A DNA stretch of 60,779 bases, filler included, from Porpidia crustulata (lineage: Eukaryota), in assembly GCA_964255105.1 (NCBI GenBank). It is 3 parts of 3 records of this genome, joined end to end, with 100 filler letters (N's around TTAATTAATTAA, not from the genome) between each part and the next. Parts side by side here need not be neighbours in the genome. Positions count along the whole stretch, not along the records: positions 20,306 to 40,504 come from CAXUWE010000125.1; 2 more parts are not named here. The stretch is one strand, 5' to 3'. The notes under the pieces were generated by a model, which was not told the origin of the DNA, did no database searches, and was given only the letters and a program-made list of their open reading frames with translations. Position numbers and translations under genes: made by a program. Shown one piece after another: positions 22,441 to 35,300 of the stretch. Each line of letters opens with the position of its first letter. Positions within the stretch are counted from its first letter, which is position 1.

Positions 22441-24728
22441 GATGGCGACGTTCCGATCAGGTGAGAGTAAAATTGACCGAAGCGTTGCCTGTGCTGTTAT
22501 TGCACCGTCTTCATGCTGATATGGTCGAAATCCGGAGATACCTCCTGTACTCCCCATGCACTCGAAACTCGCAAGCGAAAAAGAACCGGATGGTTTCAGC
22601 AGTAATACGAAAGGTAGAGAAGCGATTCGTGGTACTTTTTGCTTGAACAGGTCGGGGTTCAAGTGCACGACAGAGTGATCAGCAAAACAAGGAAGAAAGA
22701 GCGTCCGCCGGCAGAGGAAAACAGTCAACAGAGTCGGATGCCTTGTTGAAACGCAGAGAGCACTCACACGTGTCAAATATGGTACGGTCACCTTCTAGGC
22801 TGGCCGTTCTATTTGGTCCCCTGTGTTTGTTTTCACTCATTTTCACCTTATTTGCAGCGCACAGTCTAGACCAGTCCACGAGGGCAGGCAGACAGGCAGG
22901 GATCATGCGGGACCCGCCCACTACTACATACAACTTGCAGGGCTTAATCATACTCGACTCTCGACTGTCCAATTGCTGCACCTCAACCCCCAGACCAATT
23001 TTGCTTGCCGCAGAGAAACGGTGCTTGTTCCACTAGATATTATGTATTGCAGGCCTGATCTTGACTTTGCAAATACTGCCGTTGTTCAACGAAATCGAGC
23101 TTTTCCTATTGGATCCTCACTTACACACGGCGTCCTTTGTCTGAACGGCAGTAGCACCACTACACCTTGAGACGCGTATCCGAAATGAGCAAACGACGCG
23201 CCGGGAATACATCTAGAAAGATCCAGAACAAGATAGCCAGTGGTCCTGCTGTAAGCCTGTAACCGTTTGACAACGGTAACTAGCAGGGGTTCGGCCGTTC
23301 CAGATATACTCTATGGAGCCTGTGCTTCACCATAACGTGCTACTCTACCTGAAGATTTGTCTGAATGCCGTGGCTTCCCCCTCGATCGATAACAACATCT
23401 ATCTGACTAGGTCGGAACATTTTCTGCATCACGTTCATAGCTGGATTTGGTGTAAGGAACGGATCATGGCGGATCAAGGGGCCGAGAGGAGCCGGATAGG
23501 AAGCGATATAGCTGCAGGACCTTGGGAAATGCTATGCCCTTCATCTAAATCACGCCGCCTGGGATTTTGCGTCGTAAGGAACACCGTCAGCCAACGAATG
23601 CGCCCGTCGGGAGTTGTGGCAGATATTCAGATTCTCACAGTGTCTTTTTGCGCAGGTCCACAGCAGCCGAAGCAATTAATGCAGTGACTCCTATTGGTGA
23701 CACGATCTTGCTCAGGTTGGCAAGTGGTCAAATGCTCAAAATTGTCCTCTAAAAAGTATCCATGCGATGACATGTTGCTCCAACCCTTCCGCTCTTGTCC
23801 ATGTTCAACAGCGTTCTCGTTTCACCAATTTACTGACCTTTAACATTTTCCGTTCCGCAACTCTTGAAGAGAGCGAACCACTCAAGCTTGAAAACCCTCA
23901 AGCAACTAACTTACAGATATCTTTCTCTCGATCGATACTACTCTGGATTCTCACCTTGCCACCTTTCATATCTAATATATAAAATTGCCTTCCCAACACT
24001 CATCTTCCAAATGGCCACTTCAACAACGTAATCCTTGCTATCAACTGAACACAAAAGGGGGGATACACTACTTCAACCTCAACGTTGAAAGCATCTGAAA
24101 GACAGCGCTACAAGATATCACGAAGAGCAGGTTTTTATGTATCTGATAGAGCTCCCTTGCCTGCACGATCAGACCAAAAATGCTATGTGAATTCAAGGGT
24201 GATGGAGGTGGTTTAGGGGTGATTGTGGATGTCTAGATTAATCTAAGCAGCAAAATTCACGCAGTATCCTTCCATTTTCCTACGTCCTTACCCACGCGTG
24301 AAACTTTGGCGCTTCTGAAGTTCGTAGGTTGTGAGATCGTTGCAGGTTCAAGTAATCGACGAGGTGGGATTCCCGAGTATTCTTAGTATTTATCGAGGTA
24401 ATCATGCGTTCAACGCCCAGTCAGATACATTAGGATTAAAATTAAATGGATGTACGGCCGATGGCCGTTAGCATCAATCGATTGCAAAGGTAATTCTTTG
24501 CTACGCAAAAGGGTTCGCGTCAGAAAATTTGTGAATCTTACAAATGTTGAGTATCATCCATATTGGTTGTTATCAATGCTCCGCAAGCCCTGCTTGGTAG
24601 AACCCTGCCCGTGTAGCAAAACATAGTGCTACAAAACATGAGGCAGACACCGCACACGCAATGAGGATCTGGTAAATCAAAGCAACAGAATCTAGCTACC
24701 CTAGTGTACACTTCTTCTGGTCTCCCCC

Positions 24729-26245
24729 TCAACTCGACGTGTCGCTGATCTTCATGAGCGAACTGACGTATTTTGAATCGTAGCCCGCGGTGGGCGCAAT
24801 GCCTCCGAGGAGAAGGAAAATCACCAGTAGCAACCCTCCAAATACAATCACCTTCCTCCACGCTGGGTGTTTCGCCCCGTATTCGGCCCAAGCACGTTGG
24901 CCGTCTGCGAACTGTGCTTTAAGTGTTTCAGCCCCCAGCTTGTAGTACAAGAGACCACCAATAGCGATGCTATAGCCAAAGTATTGCAGAGCGGAGACTG
25001 GGTTACCCCAGATGGTGATGGAGGCCATGACCAGGAGGACATCTTTGAGGACGCCACAGAGGGTCATGACCAGCGAAGACGTACGGCCGATCTATCGAGG
25101 GGTCAGCTCTTGTTCATGTAGAAATACTGTCGGGACAGAGGGCTGGAGCTCACGAGAAATACAACAGAAACGTTCAACGCAAAAGCTATCATGGCACTGG
25201 CTAGCATTGTGAAAAGCCCGACCTGGTAGACTTCCTCCAGCGTCATCCTTGGGAGCTCAATTACAACAAAAACGCAAAAGTTCATAATAGCGCAGACGGG
25301 AGCAAAGTAGTACAAAGAGACTAGAGGATCCATCTTGTACTCGGCAGAGCTCAGAAGTCGTTCTACCATTACCAAGCGAAGCGCTTCAAAGGTTACTCCC
25401 CCAAGTTGGAAGAGAAAACCGATGAGACGAAATTTGATTTCGCCGAAGGTGGCGATGACAACACCGATAACAATGAACGAGACATTGAAGAAGACCCTCA
25501 TGTTAGGCTTGTTGACGCCGAGAAGCCATCCTGCGAGGAGGACTGCGACAGGAGTGGTGGCCTGAATTTGGAATAAGTCAGTGTTTACTGCATTACTAGG
25601 TGAGGGCTTACATACCTTAAGCATTTGGATGAAGGCCACGCTGAGGTATAGGTATGTTAGGTTGCCAAACATCAAGGACAGACTGAAGCAAGCACCGATA
25701 GGAACAATGGCTCGCAAGTAGATTTTCCCAGTCATCTTGACTGTCTTTCGGCCATCTAGAAACGTTGTGGTACGTGCGAGGATCTGGGTCATAAGAGTGG
25801 CAAATGCAAGATGCCATGTTGTGAGTACAATAGCTATTGTGGTCAGACTCTAGAAATGGCGTGGTGATAGAAAACGTACGATAGGCTAAGCATCATATAC
25901 GATTAGCGTCTTTACTCATGAGCCTATACAGGTAGATGTAGACTTACGGAACCCAGGTTTGTCTCCGGCCGGGTCCAAAATCCATTTATTGAAGAGGATA
26001 ACGCTTGCGCTGAGAGAGATCCAGGTGCTGATCGAGAGTATTAGTATCGTGTAGATAAGTTGACGGCCATGGAGGGCTTGAACGAATACTCACATAATGT
26101 AAATTGAGGGATGGAGTTTAGCTTTTGGGGGGTCGCTCTTTTCCACAGCCGGATTAACAATGGGAAGGATAGGAGCCGTAGGAGACTCGGGGGCATTTCT
26201 GCTGATCTCCGCTGAAATGCGCTCTTTCTCAGGCTCGACGGCCAT
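24729..26245 (-). CDS. Triose-phosphate/nucleotide-sugar transporter family (TPT, SLC35-like) membrane protein, ~408 aa; exons 26245-26094, 26027-25948, 25885-25880, 25833-25616, 25561-25154, 25091-24729
   Basis: Motifs WISLSASVILFNKWIL, FPYPIVLTTWHL, GNLTYLYLSVAFIQMLKATTPV, KMDPLVSLYYFAPVC, LIGRTSSLVMTLCGVLKD. 1227 nt total in frame. Confidence 0.92.
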
Positions 26246-26803
26246 AGCGAATCTTGATCGTTGAGAGTCGAAAAACGAGTGGATATCGAACGGCCGCGAC
26301 CCCAGGTAGCTTCCGGCACGAAACAGATTGATGGTGTATCGAGTTATCGACTGTAATGAGAGTTTTTTAGAAGTCTCAACGAGTGATAAGTGTAGCAGTG
26401 AACCAGATTGTGGACAGCTGTACTGTACTTTTTCTGTCTTGTTGTTATGTTTGGGATAAGAGTACGCCGCAAATCCGTCTCCCGGGCGTTTGCCCTCTTC
26501 CCAAAGAAGTTAGATTGGGTAGATTACGTCGAATCCTTCCACAACAATTCATGATGCCTAAAGTCTTTGCAGTGCCTAACCCCGACACCCTTTTCAAAGT
26601 GGTGAAGAGCTGTGTCTGCTGATAAATATTTCAGGTAAGATGGTAAGGTAGTAAGATCACTAGCTACCTCCGATATTGTCAGATATGAGATCTGCAGTCT
26701 ACTTTCTGACCCTTGAGTGAAGAGGCCGCGCCGTTGATGTGTTTCGCCCGGATTTTGGCCGGATTTAGGGGCATCGATTCGAAGTTGTCGTTACATCCGG
26801 GCA

Positions 26804-26809
26804 TATAAA
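26804..26809 (+). promoter_or_regulatory. TATA box of the aldo-keto reductase gene
   Basis: TATAAA ~140 nt upstream of the AUG at 26949. Confidence 0.5.
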
Positions 26810-26948
26810 TATCTTCCCACTTGTTATACTTCAGTCTTCTAATCAACCCTCGAATGTGCCCAGCTTTACGATAACTACTTGCAATATCTTAGTCTTCTGA
26901 ATATTTACAAAAGGTACTTCAACTTCAGCCTCAATCCTTAGGCTTGCA

Positions 26949-27979
26949 ATGGCTACCATCACAGGCAAGAAAGTTGGCGCAACAGGCTTTGGGTTGATGA
27001 GTATGCACCTCACCTCCATCATCACCTAATATGACCCGCTGATAACCGGTATGTAGACTTGACGTGGCGTACAACACCAATTCCAGATGAAAAGGCTTTT
27101 GCAGCCATGAAGGCCGCTCTCAACAGCGGCTGCAACTTTTGGAACGGCGGTGAATTGTACGGCCCTCCCCAAGCCAATTCTCTCCAGCTGCTAAATCGTT
27201 ACTTCACCAAATATCCCGAGGATGCCAATAAGGTCGTCCTCAGTATTAAAGGCGGTTTCATTCCCGGTCAGTTGGTCCCTGACGGCAGTGAAAAGGGTAT
27301 CCGCAGAAGCATCGACGAGTGCCTGAGGGTTCTCGATGGAAAAAAGTTCCTCGATGTCTTCGAAGCTGCACGGATCGATCCCAAGGTTCCACTCTCGGAG
27401 ACACTAGACACAATAGGTCAATACGTTAAGGAGGGTAAAGTTGGCGGCATCAGCTTGAGCGAGGTCACAGCGAATCAGATCCGCGAAGCAGTAAAGATTC
27501 ACCCTATCGTGGCTTGCGAAGTCGAGCTCAGCCTGCATACGCCCGATATCCTTACCGATGGCGTGGCATCTGCTTGTGGAGAGCTAAGAATTCCGATAGT
27601 CGCCTACTCCCCTCTTGGTAGGGGTCTCCTTACCACTCAAATTAATTCTGCAAAGGATCTCGAACCAGACGACATCAGACATCATATGCCTCGTTTCGCG
27701 CCCGACGCAGTACCTCAGAACGCAGCAATGGCGCAGGAACTGCAGAAGCTGGGAAAGGCAAAAGGGTGTACAGCTGCACAGGTTGCACTTGCGTGGGTCA
27801 GGTCATGGAGCGAGAAATCTGGATATGGCGTGATTATCCCGATACCTGGGTCTACGACAGAGGCACGAGCCGTGGAAAATGCAACAGAGGTGCAACTGGG
27901 TGAGCTGGATTTGGAAGAGCTGGATGGAATGATGAAGAAGTATGAGGTTGTAGGCGGTCGAGTTCCAGTCCGCCAATAG
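26949..27979 (+). CDS. Aldo-keto reductase, pyridoxal reductase (Plr1)-like, ~324 aa; exons 26949-27000 and 27057-27979
   Basis: GATGFGLMNLTWR, CNFWNGGELYG, KVVLSIKGG, EGKVGGISLSEV, IVAYSPLGRG, AQVALAWV, IIPIPGST. Confidence 0.92.
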
Positions 27980-29377
27980 TCGGTTTAGACGCCCCTTCGT
28001 TAGCAGATTTCTAATAGCAGATTGTACTTTGACCTCTCCCAGGTCTATCACGAGCATCTCAAGGGTTCAAAATGCCCATATTCGCATTAGCTGATCGCTT
28101 TCTTGCACAGGCCCTTGCCCTTTTGCAATAGAGCAATTGTCTTTTGCGCTAGAAGATCGACATCCGGTAGGAACCGCATGCTGGTCTAGTTATACTCCAA
28201 CTTCAAGCAACATGAGCACTAGAGACATAATCATCGGGACGATAAACGGATCAGAGCCCACAACTGTCGAAATATTGCTTTCTCGGATTATCCAATTGTT
28301 TGCTCACTATTTTCTGTGCATTTTCGCTGCCCGATCCATGTGTTTTGTAATAGTCTGAAAAATGTCCTAGTAGCCATTCCAGGTAACATGGTCGGTCATT
28401 GGTGGAGTGTTTCTCTGTGGCTGGAAATTATTGGAATAGATGGTGGACACTAGGATTGCCGATTATGGCGGACCCTTATTGTGACTGCCAGGGAGGAAGA
28501 CAAGGTCTCATGATTCTGGAATGAATTTCGTGCCGGTTGGTGATAGGGGGTTGTAGTCTGCAAGATCGTTCTCAATTACTGTGAAGACTTTGCATACTTC
28601 TTCAGTGACATGCTGCAGGCGTCGCAGAGAACTGTACAGAGCGTCTACCAGCACTCGAAGCTTTGAGCATACAATCATCGAAAGACTCAAATAGTAGCAT
28701 AGTCAGCCACATTGAAAGCCGCATACCAACTGCGCAAAATCCTATCGTACTGTAACAGATATCTGCAAACTGAAAGCTCAAACAAAGAAATACATTACTT
28801 AGAGAAGCGTGCTATTATTGTCCGTTGTTACATTGCACGCAAAGACTATTGACAAGAAACCACAGCGGGCTGTTCTATTTGGTACAGCTTCTATTCTTGA
28901 GAATTGACAGACATCGTAAATCAGTAGGCACCTTATCCCAGATAGATCTGAAGAAGTTGTAGAGCACTCGGATTGCCCTCATGATGTGTAGATTCCTATC
29001 AAAAGATTGGGAAAGAACACGGCTTGTCGTAAATCTCGCCACTTATTCCCTTCGAAGTGCGTACAACACACACAAGAGCAATGCTTGATTCCACAGTACC
29101 TTTGCTTAAGGCCGACTCTCGTGGACTTGTACTCTTTTCTGGATGTGAGAAAACACGTCATGTTACGCCTTACCGAATGGGGGTTCCCGAGCCTCAAGGA
29201 TGTATCTCCGACCCCTGCACAACGATTGGCCTAACCACCTAATCGAGCAAAACACGAGAGCGTGCCAACTCTGCGGTCCTGTCGAGCATCCCAAGGTCTT
29301 TCTCTCTCGAACCCTCCAGAGACGCCCGAATCGAAGATGAAGCAGATTTGGTGAACAGTTTGAATTCGTTGAAAGCC

Positions 29378-32300
29378 ATGGAAGCAGACACTGATGGAAA
29401 GGATGAGGGATCACTACCCCCATCGCCACCCACTCGACTATTTGAGCGTCTGGCGCAAATCTCAGGGTACTCATGGGATCAGTCGATCGAGCCATTTCAC
29501 TCAGTGTGTATCTTGTGAGAGGGAATTCACATGGGTTGTCGCTAGCTGATAGTCGCGTCCAGAGCTATGACAACTGGCATGTCTTCGGCATTCAACATTC
29601 CTCTCGTGAGAATTCGACGGCTTCATCATTGCATACTGGGGTCGCCCGAACAAATTCTACGCAAAGCTCGCCAAAGATAGCTCCCTCCGCTTCTCGACCG
29701 TCTTACCGGCATCAAGACACCTGTAGCGATGTTACAAAAGATTACTCAGTGGCACGCTCTGACTCTGGAATGGGCTTTACGTCTGTCATTGCTCGTATTT
29801 CGACCCATACTTTACGTCTCGAGCGTGAATATCACCTCTGCAGGTCTTTCGTGCAAACCTCGGATCCGGATTGCAACCATACCGTGCGACTCGTAGATCT
29901 GGTTAGGCTTCCAAGCCATCAAGGAGACAGCGAACCTTTGATAGTCTCAATCTTTGAGTCACCAGGCCGGAATTACCTGAGAGATCTTGTCGACTTTGGC
30001 CCTCATTCGCTTCCTCCAGATGCTCACCCGTTGAAAAGCTACGACATCGGTGAAGCAGGTAAATCGCATTCAGGGAAGCCGATCTCTCTGTTGACATTTC
30101 TTGACTTCGCCATCGGTGCGAGCGAGTGCTTGGAATTATTGCACCACGGACTGAGGGTGGTACACGGGGAGCTACGGCATGATGCTTTCCATTTCGACCA
30201 AGTCACAGGAATTGTAAAAATCATAAACTTTGGTTCGGGGCCAAGGTCGTTCCAAAACGGTTTGACCAGCACTGGTTGGCTCACCCTATCTCGAGAATTT
30301 GGTATCAAGAAGAAATTACAATTCGTTGCTCCAGAGCAAACTGGCCGCATGCCGGCAGAGCCAGATAGCCGAACAGATATCTACAGTCTTGGTGTGATAT
30401 TTTGGACTCTATTAACGCAAGAGGCAGCGTTTGATGGAGAGAATCCAATCGATATTATTCAGGCTGTACTGGGCCAAAGATTCCCTCCTGTTTCATCGAA
30501 ACGCATGGATATCCCAGAGGTAGTATCCAGTATAATACAAAAGATGACGCAGAAGCAGATCGACGAAAGGTATCACTCAACGAGCGGCTTGAAGCATGAT
30601 CTCGTTGAACTGCAGAGGATACTCGGGGAGGGTGACGGCGAGGCCCTTACAAAGTTCAAAATTGGCCTGAAGGATGTCTCATCATTCTTTGTGCTTCCAA
30701 CGAACATCTTTGGCAGGGATGAAGAGCGCGATAGAATTATTCAGGTCATCGAGAGAGTCGCCAGGAGACAGCAAAGGGCATTGAAGACAAGTGTTTCCAG
30801 CCTACACAGTAGTTCAACATCTTTGTTTGATCGCCATGACCTTGTTGAGAATGGGACAAAGTCTAGTGAAACTAGCTCACAAGCTGCCAAAGACCCCAAA
30901 AGAAGCCCGGTGCTGAAGCCGGCGCATTCATCGAACCTATCAAGCGGCCATGCGCTCTCAATGCAATGCGATCCTCAAGAAATGTCAGTTTCGACCAAAC
31001 TCGTAAAGCCAATAATCGAGATGAACGACAGCAAAGATTCTATAGAGACCGTGGCGACCTCACAAAGCCACGACGGAGACATTGAAACAAGCCAGTTGGA
31101 CGGGCAGCAAAACAGCTCTATAAGTGTACCACGACGGCAACGGAGCCACCGCGCAGGGCGTAGGAATCGGTGCGAAGTCATCGCCATTTATGGCTCTGCA
31201 GGTTTAGGCAAATCCAGTCTGGTTCAAAACGCTCAAGGCGACATAAGGAGATTGGGTTATTTCGCCTCTGCCAAATTCGATCCTGCCAGAAAGGCACCAT
31301 TCGAGCCTTTACTTCGCGCGTTAGGCTCTTTATTCCGTCAGATATTTTCTGAAAGCGACGTTAATAGCGCTTACCACAATATGGTTCGCGCCAATATCTA
31401 TGGCTACTGGCCGTCGCTCTGCTCTATGCTTGATTTGCCGGAGAACCTTATAGCTGTAGAAGCGCAATACATGACCAAACAAACACCTAATTTATCTCAG
31501 CATGGCTTCAATAAATCCCTTAAGGCGGATATGACAGATTCCGGCAGTGTACACAGTGGACTAAGTAATGGTCTTGGTCCCGGAACTCATCTGACGTCCG
31601 ACTTCCTTCGTGTAGGGGCCAATACACGGTCTCTGAAATTCATGAATATTTTTCTCGATGTATTACGGATTCTGTCAAGTAATAAGATGATCTGCCTTTG
31701 TCTTGATGATCTCCAATTTGCGGATGAGGAGAGCCTCGACCTAATTTTGAATATCATTACAAGAAAGCTCGGAATTGTACTCATAGTAAGCCGGTGCTCG
31801 CCTTACTATCTTGCCTCCATGCTAACCATTCAATAGATCACCTGCAGAGAAAAGATCCTATTACCTAACCACCTTCAGGCAGTTGTCGACAATAGGACTA
31901 CAAACGTTACGAACATACAGTTAACATCATTGAGTGAACAGGACGTTGTAAATTATGTCGGTGTTACCCTATATAGACCGCGCGAGTATATACTCCCTTT
32001 AGCGATTGTATGCCTGGAAAAGACGAATGGGTAAGGAGATAAGAATCTATCATTTTGAGGTCACTGACCGGCTGATGACTTGATCACTGACAATTGCAGA
32101 AATCCCTTTTATTTGCGCCAAATGCTAGCTGTGTGCCATCGCAAGGGCTGCCTATGGTACTCCTGGAAAAGCTCCGTTTGGGAGTACGATTTGGACAGGA
32201 TACTCTCCGAGTTCGAGTCCGCTTCTTACGGACCGCAGCTCGACAGTCAATTCATCACAAGGCGACTTCAAGACTTACCCCCTGCAGCACGATCAATCAT

Positions 32301-35300
32301 CGCGTGGGCATCGCTGCTTGGAAATACTTTCTCTTTCACGTTGATTCAGAGACTACTAAGTGGCGAATTTGAAGACCCCGCAGATGATCGTAAGCCCAGC
32401 AAGCCAGATTGCTCTCCAATTGCAGAATTGTTCACTCCTCAGCCCATGCAGAATGTTGTCGAAGGTCTCCAAGCAGCTCTTCAGGCATACATTCTCATGC
32501 CCGGTAACGACGACGATCAATTCAGGTGTGTTTTGTGAAGCTCATCGTTAGCCTGCCCGCAATCTTCTAACTCATCTAGCTTCTCTCATGATCGGTACAT
32601 CCAAGCGTCAGTGTCTCTAAGGGAATGTCATAACGTTGAAAAGATGCATTTTGTCATAGTTCAGACTATGATGAAGTATTCCAGCCTTGATGACCGCTCT
32701 TTATACGCCAGGGCTCGGCACGTCTGTCAAGCTGCCGAACTTATCAAAAGTCGGATCCGACACCGTCATCGCTTCCGAGAACTGCTCTTTCAAGCAGCGC
32801 AAAAGGCTATTGAGTCGGGGGCTCGGCCTACGGCATTGGAATACTACGAGACTGGGCTTCATCTTATGCAAGATGATCCGTGGGAAGAAGGGGCGGATGT
32901 CTATTACGAAGAGACATTGAACCTTTACACTAGAGCCGCAGAGATGTACTGGTATCAAAGTCAGTATTCGAAGGCGCACAAATTACTTGCATCAATCTTT
33001 GCAGGTGCCCATACATCATCGGATAAAGCCCCTGCGTGGATCATCTTATCTAGACTTTATGCTCACCAGGGCAATACTTCTGCGGCATTCCACGCGTACG
33101 TAACACTCGTTCCTTGCTACCATCCAGCTAACATCCTTTAGCCTCAAGACAAGTTTGAGGGAGCTAGGTCTAGACTTTGAAGCAAAGCCTTCTTGGGAAT
33201 CCTGCGACAAGCAGTACAGAGACTTGCGCGCACAGTTTCAAGATTCGGATTTAAATGACGTAGTGCAGAAACTACCAAATGAGGAGGCCAACATCGTGTC
33301 AATGGGGGTGGTCATGATAGAGGCGCTCAGTGCGGCCTTCTGGAGCAACGGGTTATTGGTATAATACACTTTGCGGGATTGAACGTTCGGTATCAGCTAA
33401 TGTACTTTTAGTTCTTTCAAATGGCTCTGAAAACGGTGGGTATGCATCTGACAAGCTCAGGGACCTTCTACCAAAGCGGTGTTGGATTTGCATATTTTGC
33501 TATGGTCGCAGCGAGTCGATTTGGAGACATGGCATTCAGTTCGAAGTTATACAAAGCGTCGGAGCAGCTTTTGAGGCGCTACGATGACCCTTATACTTTA
33601 GGCCGAGGTCTAACGCTCTTGTCGTTGTTCCTCGGACATCTTTTCGCGCCAATACGGGATAATATTGAATGGCAGGAGGAGGCTCTGGAGTGTTGCCTTG
33701 TCGCTGGAGACAAGCATACCTTCCTTTTCTCGGTTGCTGGCATCGCACTTTCCCGACTTTACCTAGGTGGTGATATGTCAGAGCTGGAGACGTACTGTTC
33801 TATTGGGCCGGAGGATTTTGGTGATTGGGCCAACGATCTCCGTGGTGGTGTCCTTTTAACTGCCGTGCGGTAAGTTAATGCACTTCACCTTGGGAAATGT
33901 GCCTATCAACAAATCATTGGGATTGTATTGAGTACGCCAGAGCTTCGATATTGGAGTTATATCAACCTCAAAACTGATATTGACCACCCCACGCTGACTT
34001 CTCTATGACACTATAGTCAAGTCGCACGGGCTCTACAGGGCAAGACTTGCGTTACAGGCGCAGACGCTGTGATGTCAGACGAAGGTCACAACACTGCAGC
34101 GTATATGCAGTACATCGATTTGAATGCCTCCAATATCGAAAGGTCGGACTCCGCTCGAGACGACTAGCCTGTAGATTGACTTGTGCTAATGAATCCAGGC
34201 CTCGAGACTTCTATGACAGTCTGCACATAATGCCATTATATCTCTTCGGACACCATGAAAAAGCCATCGAAATCGGTACCCGTGTCATCCGGACCATGAA
34301 AGAATTATGGAGCTTTCGTAATAGTCGTCTTGCACTCTTCTACCTGTCTCTATCGATTCTTGCCAAAATCAAGGGAGACCCCTGCGACCCTTTGCGTGAT
34401 GATCTCTTCGAAAATGTCAAGGGATATAAAGAAAAGATAGTAGTATGGCAAGCTGAATGTGGCGTGAATTACTTAATGTGGTCCCTGCTTATTAGCGCAG
34501 AAATTTTTGAGCTGACTGGAGATTACCACAATGCTATACAGTCGTACGAAGCCGCGATCGACCATACGCAATTACACAATTTCATGCTTGAGCAGGCGCT
34601 GGCTTTCGAATTACAAGGAGAATTCTTCATACGCCGAGGCGCCAAACGAGCTGGACGTGGATCTTTAATGGACGCCGTGGCAACTTATTCAACCTTTGGT
34701 GCATTTGGGAAAGTTGACCAGCTAACGGCCAAACATGAAAGAGTATTGAGTAGTGTGTCGACCGTGCGCACTGCTGACATTGGAGTACAAACCGCAGATA
34801 CTATCGGCGATATTGAGAACACTCAATTTCGAATTGAAGAGAACGAGCGCCAAGAGACTAGAAATTTGGGCAAAGAAACTGCGGGAGATCGTACCGAAGC
34901 TTGGATTAGTCCCGATATTGACGCTGCCCCTGGCCTCAAAAGTAAAGACCCGAATGATGTGTCTAGTTTGGGACTCGACATACTCGACCTGCAGAGTATA
35001 CTGGAATTCAATCAAGCGATCTCTTCGGAATTGCAAATTGACCGACTTTTGGCTAAAATGACCCAGATTATCCTAGAGTCCGCCGGTGCCCAAGCTGATT
35101 TTGCTGGTGTTGTCATCGAAGGAGAAGGCGGTTGGGGAATGGCTGCAAGTGGAACGTCAGACGGTATTAATGCCGAAGCTATTCCTCTCTCAGACATCCA
35201 AAGCGAAACTCAGAAACAAGTCCTCCTGTATACGATGCGTTTAAAGGAAGCTGTCTTTGTTCACAGTGTGCGGAACGACGATCGATTTTGTAACACGCCA

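Noticed and set aside
27960..27990. Stop-codon readthrough to a cryptic peroxisomal signal in the aldo-keto reductase
   Set aside because: The stop is TAG-TCG-GTT-TAG: neither a TGA-CTA context nor an SKL-like end.
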